A DNA stretch of 64,000 nt from Nitrospirota bacterium (GTDB lineage Bacteria > Patescibacteriota > Gracilibacteria > UBA1369 > LOWO2-01-FULL-3): positions 7,064-71,063 of the forward strand of contig JBDRIE010000033.1 of NCBI GenBank assembly GCA_043816165.1, written 5' to 3'. Of this stretch, positions 10,717 through 21,897 are shown in pieces. Under the pieces are notes generated by a model, which was given only the letters and a program-made list of their open reading frames with translations, was not told the DNA's origin and made no database searches. The first letter of the stretch is position 1; each line of letters opens with the position of its first letter. The position numbers were made by a program, and so were the translations under genes.

Positions 10717-11522
10717 GCTATATTCAACTCGCAGTAATACCGGCAGCCGGGCTCGGAACAAGGTTTTTCCCTATAACAAAATCCATCGAAAAAGAGATGC
10801 TACCTATAGTAGACAAACCTTGCATCCAATATTTAGTCGAAGAAGCGGTAAAAAGTGGAATTAAAGAAATAATAATAATCACCGGAAAAGGAAAGCATTC
10901 CATCAAAGATTATTTCACCCCAAACAAAACTCTCATAAAAGAACTTAAAGAAAAAGGAAAAACTTCCCTAATCAAAGACCTCGAAAAGATAGAAAAAATG
11001 GCCAAGATCACTTTCGTAAACCAAGACAAACCGCTCGGGGACGGTCACGCACTCCTCTGCGCCAAAAAAGAAATTGGCTCTCGTCCATTCGCCGTCCTCT
11101 TCGGTGACGACATCTACGACAGTCATCCCCCTGCCCTTAAACAACTCATCAGCCAATACGAAAAACTGAACACTCCTATAATAGGACTCGTGAAGATAAA
11201 CAAAAAAGACAGCAAAAAATACGGAATGATTGTCCCGGAATCCAGCAAAGGCCAACTCCACAAAATAAAATCACTCGTAGAAAAACCTGCAATAGCTCCA
11301 TCAAACCTCGCAATAATAGGGAAATACATCGTCACAAAAGAACTCTTCGACGATCTTAAATCTGCAAATGCAAAACAAAAAGGAGAACTCCGCCTCATCG
11401 ACGGAATGATCCGACATCTCAAACACTCCCCCATCCACGGCTACGAAATCTCCGGCAAAAGATTCGACACAGGCGACAAAAAAGGTTACATAGAAGCGGT
11501 CGCACACTTTGCGAATAAATAA
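10713..11522 (+). CDS. galU: UTP--glucose-1-phosphate uridylyltransferase
   Basis: PAAGLGTRFFPITK..KEMLPIVDKP, VEKP, RFDTGDK. Confidence 0.93.
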   Translation: MSYIQLAVIPAAGLGTRFFPITKSIEKEMLPIVDKPCIQYLVEEAVKSGIKEIIIITGKGKHSIKDYFTPNKTLIKELKEKGKTSLIKDLEKIEKMAKITFVNQDKPLGDGHALLCAKKEIGSRPFAVLFGDDIYDSHPPALKQLISQYEKLNTPIIGLVKINKKDSKKYGMIVPESSKGQLHKIKSLVEKPAIAPSNLAIIGKYIVTKELFDDLKSANAKQKGELRLIDGMIRHLKHSPIHGYEISGKRFDTGDKKGYIEAVAHFANK

Positions 11523-11588
11523 TGCTTGAAAATTTTTTCGATTTGGGATACAATACCTAGATCAAAAAAAACAAAAACAAAAATAAAA

Positions 11589-12191
11589 ATGCAAGAAGGA
11601 ACAAAAACCAATCCTCTAATAGAGGAAGCCGACAAAAAGAAAAGCGAAGGCAAACATATGGAAGCTATCAGACTCTGTGAAAGGATTTTGACAAACGACC
11701 TTGCATGCACCGAAGCTTATGAAGAAATCGGTGATAACTATTTAAGTCTAAGAAAGTATGAAAGAGCTGAAAAGGCTCTAAAGCAGGCTTTGAAAATGGA
11801 CAAGAATAGCGCTAATGCAAATTATCTATTAGGTTTTGTACATTCTTGCACAGGTAAATGGGATCAATCGGTCGAACTATTAGAAACGGCGGATTCTGTT
11901 TATCCAAATCATCCGGAAATTCTAAGATGCCTTGGATGGAGCATGTATCATCATGGTCAAAGAAAAAGAGGTGTTATCATTTTAGAAAGATCTCTATTCC
12001 TAGCTCCAAACGATCCATTGATTCTAAATGATCTTGGAGTTTGTTATCTAAATGAAAAAGATTTCGATCGCTCTGCTCAACTTTTCAAAAAAACTCTACA
12101 AGTTGAACCTGACAATCAAAAAGCGAAAGAATGTCTTAACGCTGTTAAATTCTTCCAAAGAGAATTCGACAAACTTAAAAAGAAAAAGTAG
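11589..12191 (+). CDS. TPR-repeat protein
   Basis: About five TPR-like repeats. ATG 11589 preferred because TTGAAA-N17-TACAAT lies at 11526-11554. Confidence 0.85.
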   Translation: MQEGTKTNPLIEEADKKKSEGKHMEAIRLCERILTNDLACTEAYEEIGDNYLSLRKYERAEKALKQALKMDKNSANANYLLGFVHSCTGKWDQSVELLETADSVYPNHPEILRCLGWSMYHHGQRKRGVIILERSLFLAPNDPLILNDLGVCYLNEKDFDRSAQLFKKTLQVEPDNQKAKECLNAVKFFQREFDKLKKKK

Positions 12192-12200
12192 AATGAGGCC

Positions 12201-12578
12201 ATGAAAAAGTACCTCGTCATAATAGTCCTGATTATTTTAATAATTGCGGCTTTTTTGTTTTTCCGTAATTGCGAATCACAAAAAAAACCTCTCGAAGGAG
12301 AAGAAGAATCGGGAACAACCGAAGAAACTGCTGACCTCACTCTTTATCGAGACCCATTTGTTTACGCAAACACAGATTTCACCTGCCAAGTTGTAAAAAA
12401 TTCTGAACTTGCTAAGGATCAAGAACTTATGAAAACAACTTTGGACGAAGCTTACAAAAAATACGGATTCCCGGTTGAAGATAATGGAACAATGCTGGAA
12501 ATCTTGAGCCTTTTTGAAAACGACGAAGAAGTAATAAATGAAATCAAGGCAAACGTTAATGAATGTAAAACAACATGA
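12201..12578 (+). CDS. Hypothetical membrane-anchored protein
   Basis: N-terminal hydrophobic helix, acidic body, operonic spacing. Confidence 0.7.
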   Translation: MKKYLVIIVLIILIIAAFLFFRNCESQKKPLEGEEESGTTEETADLTLYRDPFVYANTDFTCQVVKNSELAKDQELMKTTLDEAYKKYGFPVEDNGTMLEILSLFENDEEVINEIKANVNECKTT

Positions 12579-13447
12579 GAAAGTTAATAGAATGCATCCC
12601 AAATTTTAGCGAAGGCACAAAGCCCGAAGTTATTTACCAAATCGTAAAATCGATCGCTCAATTTTCCAATGTACATATTTTAGATATTAATCGAGACGCA
12701 GACCACAACAGATCCGTCATAACCTTCGTCGGCGAACCAAATAGTGTAATAGAGGCGGCATTCCAAGCAACAAAAACTGCTGCAAAATTGATAAATCTCA
12801 AAAATCACAAAGGAGTTCATCCACGTATCGGAGCTACAGATGTAATCCCTTTAGTCCCAATCAAAAATATTACATCCAAAGAATGCGTTGCATTAGCGAA
12901 AAAACTTGGCAAAAGAATTGGCGAAGAATTAAAAATTCCAATCTATTTATATGAAAAAGCTGCAAAAACCAACGAAAGAAAAAATTTAGCAAACATAAGA
13001 TCGGGAAAAATCTCCGGCAAACCGGACTTCGGCCCGGAAAAACTCGGAAAAGCCGGTGCAACAGTTGTAGGAGTACGAAATTTTCTCATAGCATTCAATA
13101 TAAACCTAAAATCTAATGATCTAGGCTCCGCCAAACAAATAGCTGCGAAAATAAGAAAATTTCCCTCTGTAAAAGCGCTCGGCCTTGAACTAAAATCCAA
13201 AAAAGCAGTACAAGTCTCAATGAATCTAACAAACTATAAAAAAACAACTCCCCTCCAGGCGTTCAAAGCAGTAAAGAAAGAAGCCCACGCCCTTGGAATA
13301 GAAATTTCTGAAAGCGAACTGATCGGAATCGCTCCAAAAGATTCCATGCCACGCGACCCGGAAAAAACGCTCCTCCTAAACACCTTCCACCGCAATCAAA
13401 TCGTTGACTTTTCCCGCTTATTAATCAATAATACTCCTCGCTCTTAA
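12575..13447 (+). CDS. ftcD: Glutamate formiminotransferase (FT domain only)
   Basis: IECIPNFSEG, DADHNRSVIT, HKGVHPRIGATDVIP, PDFGP, QVSMNL. Confidence 0.93.
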   Translation: MRKLIECIPNFSEGTKPEVIYQIVKSIAQFSNVHILDINRDADHNRSVITFVGEPNSVIEAAFQATKTAAKLINLKNHKGVHPRIGATDVIPLVPIKNITSKECVALAKKLGKRIGEELKIPIYLYEKAAKTNERKNLANIRSGKISGKPDFGPEKLGKAGATVVGVRNFLIAFNINLKSNDLGSAKQIAAKIRKFPSVKALGLELKSKKAVQVSMNLTNYKKTTPLQAFKAVKKEAHALGIEISESELIGIAPKDSMPRDPEKTLLLNTFHRNQIVDFSRLLINNTPRS

Positions 13448-13878
13448 ACAAGTTTGAGTGATCGCCCCGCCAACGGCGGGGAGGAAAGTCCGAGCACCAC
13501 GGGAAATCGTAGCCGGTAACACCGCGTCGCCCCGCCACGGCGGGGTAGGGAAAGTGCCACAGAGACAATACTATCCGTCTTCCAGTTGCGTAGCGCAGCG
13601 GAGCAACTCTACTTAAAGCTCAACCGAGCCGAAGGCGAGTCATTATCCCTGTTGCGAAGCAACAAACTAGGATGGAGAAAGGTGAAAAGCCCCGCTTAGC
13701 GGGGACAAGCCCCTCGGGGCAAGTTGGTAAACCCTACGAGGTCGCAAGGTGAGATGGAAGAGTTTGTTTGCCCCCAAATGCACTCATACTCTCTCGCCGC
13801 TCGATCCCGCCAACGGCGGGACTAGATAGATGATCACAGCCCTTCGGGGTACAAAACTCGGCTTATGACAACTGGTTT
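13446..13878 (+). ncRNA. rnpB: RNase P RNA
   Basis: Conserved GAGGAAAGTCCG, GAAAGTGCCACAGA, GGTGAAA, GGTAAACCC, TAGATAGATGATC and ACAAAACTCGGCTTA; P1 formed by AAACAAGTT/AACTGGTTT. Confidence 0.96.
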
Positions 13879-13903
13879 AGGAGCGAACTTTTTATACCCC
13901 ATC

Positions 13904-15343
13904 ATGAAACGTAGCGAAATTGCATTCGGCATCGTCAAAATCCCAGTCGACTTCATCATGACGTTCGCTGCCTTTATCGCTGCGTACGAACTCAGATTGA
14001 TCACAGAGTCATATGGATGGATTGCAAAACCAATCGACTACAGCGTTCTTCCAACACAGATTGAGTACATATACTTCAGCCTTACAGTAGCCACAACCCT
14101 TGTTGCAGTATTCGCACTCGGAAAAATGTACAACCTCAAAACCACACACAAATTCTCAAAAGAATCCAAACGTGTAGCAACACTTTGTGGAATCTGGATA
14201 ATGCTGATTATTACATACTTCTTTTTCACACGTACATTCCCATTCTCCCGACTCGCCATCATCTATTCATGGACATTAACATTCATATTGGTAATTGCTG
14301 GAAGAGCATTTATCAAATTAATTCAAAACGGACTGTTAAAAGCTGGAATCGGAAAACGAAGGCTTTTATTCATCGGAAATAACAGTATTACAAACGAACT
14401 CGCAAAATTATTGAAACAAGATTTAAGTTACAAAATAGTAGGACTAATTGGGGAACACACCCCAAAAACCGACATCAAGAATCTGGGAATAATAAGCCAA
14501 CTCGAATACATTCTAAAAAAACAGAAAATCGATGAAGTTATCCAGACAAAATCCGACACCTCGGAAACACAATCCGAAGACATCCTCGAATTATGCGATC
14601 TATATCACATAAACTACAGATTTACACCTGATCTCGTCGAAGTGAGACGAACAAACATCGAAATCGAAACCCTTGGTTCAATCCCGGTAATCAATCTGAA
14701 ACCAACACCACTCGACGGCTGGGGAAAAGTATTAAAAAGAATAATGGATATCATCGGGGCAGCCCTCGGATTAATCATCCTCTCCCCTATTTTCCTAATC
14801 ACAGCTATTACGATAAAAATAGACTCCAAAGGACCGGTATTCTTTGCACGACTCGATGATGGGTCACCGGTAAAACGCGTAGGCCAATACGGAAAACTCT
14901 TCAAATTCTACAAATTCCGATCAATGCGTCCAAAAACCGACAAACTTAGATACACAAAACTTTCAGAAAAAAACACACGCACGGATGGCCCCCTAGTAAA
15001 AATCAAACACGACCCTCGAGTCACAAAAACCGGCCACTTCATCAGAAAATACTCCATCGACGAGTTACCACAACTCTACAACGTATTCACAGGAAACATG
15101 AGCTTAGTTGGACCACGCCCCCACCTACCCGAAGAAGTCGCCAAATACGCCCGTCACCACAGATTCGTCCTAACCATAAAACCGGGACTAACCGGCCTCC
15201 CGCAAACCTCCGGCCGCTCAGACATAAGCTTTGAAGAAGAAGTAAAGCTGGACCGATACTACATCGAAAACTGGTCACTATGGCGCGATATAAAACTCAT
15301 ATTCAAAACAATTGGAGTTATTTTGAAAGGACATGAAGAGTAA
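13904..15343 (+). CDS. Polyprenyl-phosphate sugar phosphotransferase (WcaJ/WbaP family)
   Basis: Five TMs, KFRSM, DPRVT, DELPQ, SLVGPRP, KPGLTG, YIENWS. Start moved to 13904 because 13865 lies inside rnpB. Confidence 0.93.
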   Translation: MKRSEIAFGIVKIPVDFIMTFAAFIAAYELRLITESYGWIAKPIDYSVLPTQIEYIYFSLTVATTLVAVFALGKMYNLKTTHKFSKESKRVATLCGIWIMLIITYFFFTRTFPFSRLAIIYSWTLTFILVIAGRAFIKLIQNGLLKAGIGKRRLLFIGNNSITNELAKLLKQDLSYKIVGLIGEHTPKTDIKNLGIISQLEYILKKQKIDEVIQTKSDTSETQSEDILELCDLYHINYRFTPDLVEVRRTNIEIETLGSIPVINLKPTPLDGWGKVLKRIMDIIGAALGLIILSPIFLITAITIKIDSKGPVFFARLDDGSPVKRVGQYGKLFKFYKFRSMRPKTDKLRYTKLSEKNTRTDGPLVKIKHDPRVTKTGHFIRKYSIDELPQLYNVFTGNMSLVGPRPHLPEEVAKYARHHRFVLTIKPGLTGLPQTSGRSDISFEEEVKLDRYYIENWSLWRDIKLIFKTIGVILKGHEE

Positions 15344-15378
15344 TTAGTGCTAAAATCCTTTCGTGTAATTAAACAAAC

Positions 15379-18066
15379 ATGCTCAGAAAATTTATAAACA
15401 AGCTCCTCGGCGACCAAAATGAGAAAGCTCTCAAAAAGGTCAATCCTATAGTCGACGAAATCAAAAAAGTCGAAGAAGGGTACAAAGACACGATAAAAAC
15501 GCACGAACAAGTTCTCGCAAAAACCGAGGAATTCAAAAAACGACTAAAAGACGGCGAGACTACAACCGATCTGCTCCCGGAAGCTTTTGCATTAGTCAAA
15601 ACCGCTTGCCGACATCTCATGGGCAAAAGCTGGGAGGTCCGCGAAAAAGAAGTGGAATGGAACATGATCCCATATGATGTCCAATTGGTAGGGGGAATCG
15701 TTTTGCACCAGGGAAACATTGCTGAAATGAGAACGGGTGAAGGAAAAACACTTGTTTGTACAATGCCGGTATATTTGAATGCCTTGACCGAAAAAGGTGT
15801 GTTTGTCGTAACTGTAAATGATTACCTCGCCCATCGTGATGCCGAATGGATGGGAGGACTATATAAGTATCTGGGTTTAAGCGTTGGCGTAAGCATTCAC
15901 GGAATGAATCATGACGAAAAAAAAGCGGCTTATGCCAAAGACATCACATACGGAACAAATAACGAATTTGGTTTCGATTATTTGAGAGACAATATGACCA
16001 CAGATCCGAATAATATTGTTCAACGAAACCTTCATTACGCAATTGTAGACGAAGTGGACTCGATTTTGATTGATGAAGCGAGAACTCCCCTCATTATTTC
16101 AGCTCCGGCAGAAGAATCAACCGCAAAATATCAGCAATATTCCAGACTAATAGAACAACTTCAAGAAAACACACACTTCGACGTAGATGAAAAAACAAAA
16201 TCAGTAACTTTGAACGAAACAGGAGTTGCAAAAATGGAACAACTACTAGGTGTCGAGAATATTTACACTGAAGCGGGCTTTTCCGAAGTGCATCATCTGG
16301 AACAAGCTTTGCGGGCAAAAAATTGTTACAAAGCAGATGTGGATTACATGATAAAAGACGATCAGATAATCATTATCGACGAATTCACAGGACGCATGAT
16401 GCCGGGACGAAGATACTCTCAAGGCCTTCACCAAGCGATCGAGGCAAAAGAGAATGTAGAGGTAAAAAGAGAGTCAAAAACTTTGGCAACGGTCACATTC
16501 CAAAACTATTTCAGAATGTTCGACAAATTGGGAGGAATGACTGGTACAGCCGCGACCGAAGCGGAAGAATTTTATCAAATCTATGGACTCGAAACATTAA
16601 TAATCCCAACGAACAAGCCGATAATAAGAGATGACAAACAAGACTCAATCTACAAAACTCAACAAGGAAAATACAAAGCAATCGCAAAAAAGATCAAGGA
16701 ACTCCACGAAAAAGGACAACCTGTCTTGGTCGGTACAATTTCAGTAGAAAAATCTGAATTAATAGCCAAACTACTCAAAATCGAAGGCATTCCACACAAA
16801 GTTCTAAATGCAAAACACCACGAGCAAGAAGCGGAAATTGTCGCGCAAGCGGGACAAAAAGGCGCCGTGACTATAGCGACAAATATGGCGGGCCGTGGAA
16901 CAGACATCAAGCTGGGGGAAGAAGTAAAAACCATAGGTGGACTCTTCGTTCTGGGAACTGAACGACACGAGGCCCGCCGCATCGACAACCAACTTCGTGG
17001 TCGTTCAGGTCGTCAGGGAGACGCAGGAGCAAGCCAATTCTTCGTTTCAATGGAAGACGAAATCATGCGCTTGTTTGGAGGAGACAAAATCAAAAACATG
17101 ATGAACTTCCTCAAATTCCCTGAAGATATGCCAATCGAAAACGGCATAATCTCCAAATCTATCGAAGGAGCCCAAAAGAAAGTGGAAGGTCGAAACTTTG
17201 ACATAAGAAAACACTTAGTGGAATACGACGACATCATGAACGTGCACAGAGAACTCGTCTACAAACAACGACAAAAATTTCTCAAAAAAGAAGATGTTAG
17301 TGAAGATATAGAAAATCTAATTACAGAAACAGGAGAAATCATCGTCAGAAACCACACAGAAGCACGCCCACAAAAACAATGGAATTACAAAGAGATTTAC
17401 GAAGCCCTAACTGCTATCCACAAAGACGAATCATCACCTCTCAAACAAAACGACCTCGAACAAATCAAAGACCAAAACGAATTCATCGAAAAAGCCAAAA
17501 CCTACCTCCTCACATCATACAAAGAACGAGAAAAATCCCTCCCGGACCCAAAAATCATGAGAAACATCGAAAAAGCAATTTACTTAAGATCCACAGACGT
17601 ACTTTGGAAAGACCACATCGACGCAATGACACGACTACGAGAAAACGTAGCATTCTCAGGCTACGCCCAAAAAGATCCGCTAACAGAGTACAAATCACAA
17701 GCCTTCGAAATGTTCGAAGAACTCCTCGCAATGATGAGGTCCAACACAATAAACACCTTATTCAAAATCGACCTCGCCAAAGTTGTACCAATGGAAATGC
17801 TCCGAAGAGCCGAATCAACAAATCTGAGAACAAACGAAGATCAAGTCTCCGCCCCACTCTCAGGAACCAGAAAATCAGCTGTCGCAAGCCCACAATCAGT
17901 CACCAGAAGCACATTCGACACACAATCAGACAACCCGGTAATAATAAAAACCAGCGCAGGAACATCCACACAAGAGACCTCAATTCCAAAAGTCGGCCGA
18001 AACGACCCGTGCCCTTGCGGAAGCGGCAAAAAGTACAAAAAATGTCATGGCAGCCCCGCAGCATAG
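15379..18066 (+). CDS. secA: Preprotein translocase SecA
   Basis: [38 protein letters not shown]-terminal SEC-C motif [13 protein letters not shown]. Confidence 0.99.
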   Translation: MLRKFINKLLGDQNEKALKKVNPIVDEIKKVEEGYKDTIKTHEQVLAKTEEFKKRLKDGETTTDLLPEAFALVKTACRHLMGKSWEVREKEVEWNMIPYDVQLVGGIVLHQGNIAEMRTGEGKTLVCTMPVYLNALTEKGVFVVTVNDYLAHRDAEWMGGLYKYLGLSVGVSIHGMNHDEKKAAYAKDITYGTNNEFGFDYLRDNMTTDPNNIVQRNLHYAIVDEVDSILIDEARTPLIISAPAEESTAKYQQYSRLIEQLQENTHFDVDEKTKSVTLNETGVAKMEQLLGVENIYTEAGFSEVHHLEQALRAKNCYKADVDYMIKDDQIIIIDEFTGRMMPGRRYSQGLHQAIEAKENVEVKRESKTLATVTFQNYFRMFDKLGGMTGTAATEAEEFYQIYGLETLIIPTNKPIIRDDKQDSIYKTQQGKYKAIAKKIKELHEKGQPVLVGTISVEKSELIAKLLKIEGIPHKVLNAKHHEQEAEIVAQAGQKGAVTIATNMAGRGTDIKLGEEVKTIGGLFVLGTERHEARRIDNQLRGRSGRQGDAGASQFFVSMEDEIMRLFGGDKIKNMMNFLKFPEDMPIENGIISKSIEGAQKKVEGRNFDIRKHLVEYDDIMNVHRELVYKQRQKFLKKEDVSEDIENLITETGEIIVRNHTEARPQKQWNYKEIYEALTAIHKDESSPLKQNDLEQIKDQNEFIEKAKTYLLTSYKEREKSLPDPKIMRNIEKAIYLRSTDVLWKDHIDAMTRLRENVAFSGYAQKDPLTEYKSQAFEMFEELLAMMRSNTINTLFKIDLAKVVPMEMLRRAESTNLRTNEDQVSAPLSGTRKSAVASPQSVTRSTFDTQSDNPVIIKTSAGTSTQETSIPKVGRNDPCPCGSGKKYKKCHGSPAA

Positions 18067-18120
18067 CGAAGAGACAATTTTCATCTTCCAAAAAAACTTC
18101 TACAATGATAAATTTCAAAC

Positions 18121-21084
18121 ATGGCACACAGAATCGAAATTTACACTTCAAAAAGTGACACCAGATCGGAAGTGATGAAGCAAAAATTGGTATCATTGGG
18201 CTTTTCCATAGAAAAAACCACTGTTGTTGACGTTTACACCATCAACAAAAACTTCGACACAGAAACTCTCGAAAACATCGCCCAAATTCTTTCAAATCCA
18301 ATAACCCAAACATTTCTAATAGACGAACCAAACAAAGAAATCGACTTCGACTTTGCCTTAGAAATAGGATTTCTCCCGGGAGTAACTGACAACGAAGGTC
18401 ACACAGCCAAAGAAACCATCGAAGACCTCCTGAAAACCAAATTAACAGACGAAGAAAGTATCCACACAACCAGACTAATCTTCATAAAAGGAAATGTAAC
18501 CGAAGATACTGTCCAAAAAGCCAGCGAAGCATTAGCAAACAAACTCATTCAACGAATTCACATAAAATCCCACGAGCAATTTTCCAATGACAACGGAATG
18601 GACATAATAGTCCCAACAGTTCATCTCAAACCCCACCCAAAAGCGGATAAAGTCAGCCTCGACATTCCGGAAGAAGAACTCCTAAAACTAGGAAAAGAAG
18701 GAATTCTAAACGAAGACGGAACAAGACGTGGCCCACTCGCACTCGACAAAGAATATCTCGACACAATCAAAGCATATTTCGCCCGTGAAGGACGACAACC
18801 AACTGACATTGAGCTCGAATCCCTCGCCCAAACCTGGTCCGAACACTGCAAACACACAATCTTCGCGGCAAAAATCGATGACAACGAAGAAGGCCTCTAC
18901 AAAGGCTTTATCAAAAGAGCCACAAAAGAGATCAGAAACAAAAAAGGAGACAAAGACTTCTGTGTTTCAGTATTCAAAGACAACTCGGGAGGAATAATTT
19001 TCGACGAAAACTGGGTCATCACAGATAAAGCCGAAACACACAACTCCCCTTCCGCCCTCGACCCATTCGGTGGAGCAATCACAGGAATCGTGGGAGTAAA
19101 TAGAGACACAATCGGCTTTGGACTAGGCGCAAAACCGGTAATAAACAAATACGGATTCTGTGTTGGATATCCGGACGACGATGAACCGCTATATAGAGAC
19201 AAAAACCGCACCGAAAAAGCTTTATCCCCAAAAAGAATATTCGAAGGAGTAGTGGCCGGAGTAAACAGCGGAGGAAACCAATCGGGAATCCCAACACCAC
19301 AAGGATTTGTATATTTCGACGACGGATACAAAGGAAAACCACTCATTTTCGTTGGAACAGTCGGATTAATTCCACGTGAAGTAAACGGTCGCCCAAGTTG
19401 GGAAAAACAAGCTCGTCCGGGAGACAAAATAGTAATAATCGGAGGAAAAGTAGGACAAGACGGAATCCACGGAGCAACATTTTCATCAGAAGCACTCTCG
19501 GCCGGCTCACCGGCAACCGCAGTACAGATTGGAGACCCAATTACTCAGAAAAAAGCATCAGACGCTATAGTAAAAGAAGCCCGAGACTTAGGCTTATACA
19601 ATTCAATCACAGATTGCGGAGCAGGAGGCATCTCATGTTCAGTTGCAGAAATGGCAAAGGAATGCGGAGGATGCACAGTCGAACTCGAAAAAGTTCCATT
19701 AAAATATCCAAACCTTGAACCATGGAAAATCTGGATCAGCGAATCCCAGGAAAGAATGACATTCTCAATTCCACCTGAAAAACTAGACAAATTTATGGAG
19801 CTAATGGATTCGCGCGGAGTCGAAGCAAAAGTAATTGGAGAATTCAACGACTCAGACAGATGTGTCGTAAATTTCAACGGAGAAAATATTATGGATCTCG
19901 AAATGCACTTCTTACATGACGGACTTCCACGAAAAGAAATCACAACCTCTTACACAAAGCAAAAATTCTCGGAACCATCCGCAGAAAAACCTGAAAACCT
20001 CACACAAACACTCCTCGAAATGATGGCTCTCCCAAACATGTGTAGCTACGAATTCATTTCATACCAATATGACCACATCGTTCAAGCCGGAGCAGTCATC
20101 GGACCATTACAAGGCAAAGGAAAAGTAAACGGACCATCATCAGTAACAAAACCGTTCCCGGAAACAGAAAAAGCAATCGTTTGTTCACAAGGGATCACTG
20201 CAAAATACTCAATTTTGGACACATATCACATGGCCGCTTGCGCAATTGACACAGCAATCAGAAACGTAATCGCAACAGGCGGAGATCTGCAGCACACAGC
20301 CCTAATGGACAACTTCTGCTGGTGCAGTTCTGACGAACCGGAACGTCTTGGACAGCTAAAAGCAGCAGCACAGGCATGTTATGACTACGCAACAAAATAC
20401 GAAACCCCATACATCTCCGGAAAAGACTCGATGTTCAATGATTTCAAAGGGTTCGATGCACAAGGAAATCCAACCAAAATTTCCGTACCTCCTACCCTAC
20501 TCATTTCATCAACATCAGTAATAAAAGATGCAACAAAATCAATTTCCATAGATCCAAAATTTGCCGGCGATCTCATATACATTATCGGTGAAACGAAAAA
20601 TGAACTCGGAGCCAGCGAATACTTCGAATATTTAGAAAAAGGCAAATATGGGAACACAGTTCCTCAAGTAAACGCAGAAAAAGCCATGGAAATGTATAAA
20701 AAATTCCAAGAAGCAGCAGATCGCAGACTCATCGCTTCAGCCCTCTCTCCTTCAGCAGGAGGAATCGGTGCAACCCTGACCAGAAAGGCAATAGCAGGAC
20801 AACTCGGAATGGAAATCGACCTCGCATTAGTACCAAAATCCGAAGATATCGACCGCGAAGACTACTTACTCTTCTCAGAATCACAAACAAGATTCATTGT
20901 CACAATAAATCCGGACCGAAAAGAAGAATTCGAAGCACTTTTTGCTCAAATCCCACACGCACAAATCGGAAAAATCACTGAAAACAACAAATTCACACTC
21001 AAAGGATTCGACGGATCAAACATTATTGACACTGACATCGAAACCTTAACCAAAAATTACAAGAAAACTTTTAAAAATTACTAA
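18121..21084 (+). CDS. purL: FGAM synthase PurL with N-terminal PurS-like extension
   Basis: WSEHCKH, ETHNSPS, DCGAGG, SESQERM, SGKDS; extra N-terminal region containing LPGVTDNEG. Confidence 0.95.
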   Translation: MAHRIEIYTSKSDTRSEVMKQKLVSLGFSIEKTTVVDVYTINKNFDTETLENIAQILSNPITQTFLIDEPNKEIDFDFALEIGFLPGVTDNEGHTAKETIEDLLKTKLTDEESIHTTRLIFIKGNVTEDTVQKASEALANKLIQRIHIKSHEQFSNDNGMDIIVPTVHLKPHPKADKVSLDIPEEELLKLGKEGILNEDGTRRGPLALDKEYLDTIKAYFAREGRQPTDIELESLAQTWSEHCKHTIFAAKIDDNEEGLYKGFIKRATKEIRNKKGDKDFCVSVFKDNSGGIIFDENWVITDKAETHNSPSALDPFGGAITGIVGVNRDTIGFGLGAKPVINKYGFCVGYPDDDEPLYRDKNRTEKALSPKRIFEGVVAGVNSGGNQSGIPTPQGFVYFDDGYKGKPLIFVGTVGLIPREVNGRPSWEKQARPGDKIVIIGGKVGQDGIHGATFSSEALSAGSPATAVQIGDPITQKKASDAIVKEARDLGLYNSITDCGAGGISCSVAEMAKECGGCTVELEKVPLKYPNLEPWKIWISESQERMTFSIPPEKLDKFMELMDSRGVEAKVIGEFNDSDRCVVNFNGENIMDLEMHFLHDGLPRKEITTSYTKQKFSEPSAEKPENLTQTLLEMMALPNMCSYEFISYQYDHIVQAGAVIGPLQGKGKVNGPSSVTKPFPETEKAIVCSQGITAKYSILDTYHMAACAIDTAIRNVIATGGDLQHTALMDNFCWCSSDEPERLGQLKAAAQACYDYATKYETPYISGKDSMFNDFKGFDAQGNPTKISVPPTLLISSTSVIKDATKSISIDPKFAGDLIYIIGETKNELGASEYFEYLEKGKYGNTVPQVNAEKAMEMYKKFQEAADRRLIASALSPSAGGIGATLTRKAIAGQLGMEIDLALVPKSEDIDREDYLLFSESQTRFIVTINPDRKEEFEALFAQIPHAQIGKITENNKFTLKGFDGSNIIDTDIETLTKNYKKTFKNY

Positions 21085-21887
21085 TGAAACCAAAAGCCCT
21101 AGTACTAACAGGATACGGAATAAACAGCGAAGAAGAAACCGCACTATGTTTCGACCAAACCGGCGGAGAAGCTGAAATAATTCACATAAACGACCTCATC
21201 GAAAATCCAAACAAGCTCAAAGACTACCAAATTCTCGCAGTACCGGGCGGATTCTCATACGGCGACGAAACCGGATCCGGAAACGCTTACGCAAACAAAA
21301 TAAAAAACAACCTCACGGAACAGATCATAAATTTTGCAAAACAAGACAAACTTATAATCGGGATATGCAATGGATTTCAAATAATAGTAAACACAGGCCT
21401 TGTCCCGGCAGTTGATGAAAAATATGGAGAAAGACAGGCAGCGCTTATGCACAACAAAACCGCAAGGTACGAATGCCGCTGGATCTGGCTCAAAAACACA
21501 TCCGAAAAATGCGTATGGACACGCGGAATCGATCTCCTCCACGTTCCGGTCGCACACGGAGAAGGAAATTTCTACGCAGAACCGGAAATCATAGAAAAAA
21601 TGGAAGCAAACGACCAAATCGCATTCAAATACGTAAACGAAGACGGCTCACCGGCAAACCAGCAATTCCCAATAAATCCAAACGGATCACTACAAGACAT
21701 CGCAGGAATCACAGACCCCTCAGGTCGCATCTTCGGAATGATGCCACACCCGGAAAGATTCCTCGCCTTCACCAACGAAGAAGGATGGCAGCTCAAAAAA
21801 GAGCAACTCATCCGTGAAGGGTCGCCGCTCCCAACTCAGGGAGAAGGTTTAAAAATCTTCAAAAACGCTGTAGAATACTTTAAGTAA
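21084..21887 (+). CDS. purQ: FGAM synthase glutaminase subunit
   Basis: PGGFSYGD, GICNGFQ, AHGEG, MMPHPER. Confidence 0.96.
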   Translation: MKPKALVLTGYGINSEEETALCFDQTGGEAEIIHINDLIENPNKLKDYQILAVPGGFSYGDETGSGNAYANKIKNNLTEQIINFAKQDKLIIGICNGFQIIVNTGLVPAVDEKYGERQAALMHNKTARYECRWIWLKNTSEKCVWTRGIDLLHVPVAHGEGNFYAEPEIIEKMEANDQIAFKYVNEDGSPANQQFPINPNGSLQDIAGITDPSGRIFGMMPHPERFLAFTNEEGWQLKKEQLIREGSPLPTQGEGLKIFKNAVEYFK

Positions 21888-21897
21888 ATCGCACAAA

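Noticed and set aside
13446-13878. CRISPR array or self-splicing intron suggested by repeated GC palindromes
   Set aside because: Repeats are 15-18 bp and irregularly spaced, no cas genes are present, and the region carries the RNase P RNA conserved motifs.
17379-18158. 259-aa alternative-frame ORF inside secA (also 52953-53687, 57186-57860, 46353-46937)
   Set aside because: Overlapping or antisense frames stay open because of the strong strand skew; no recognisable motifs.
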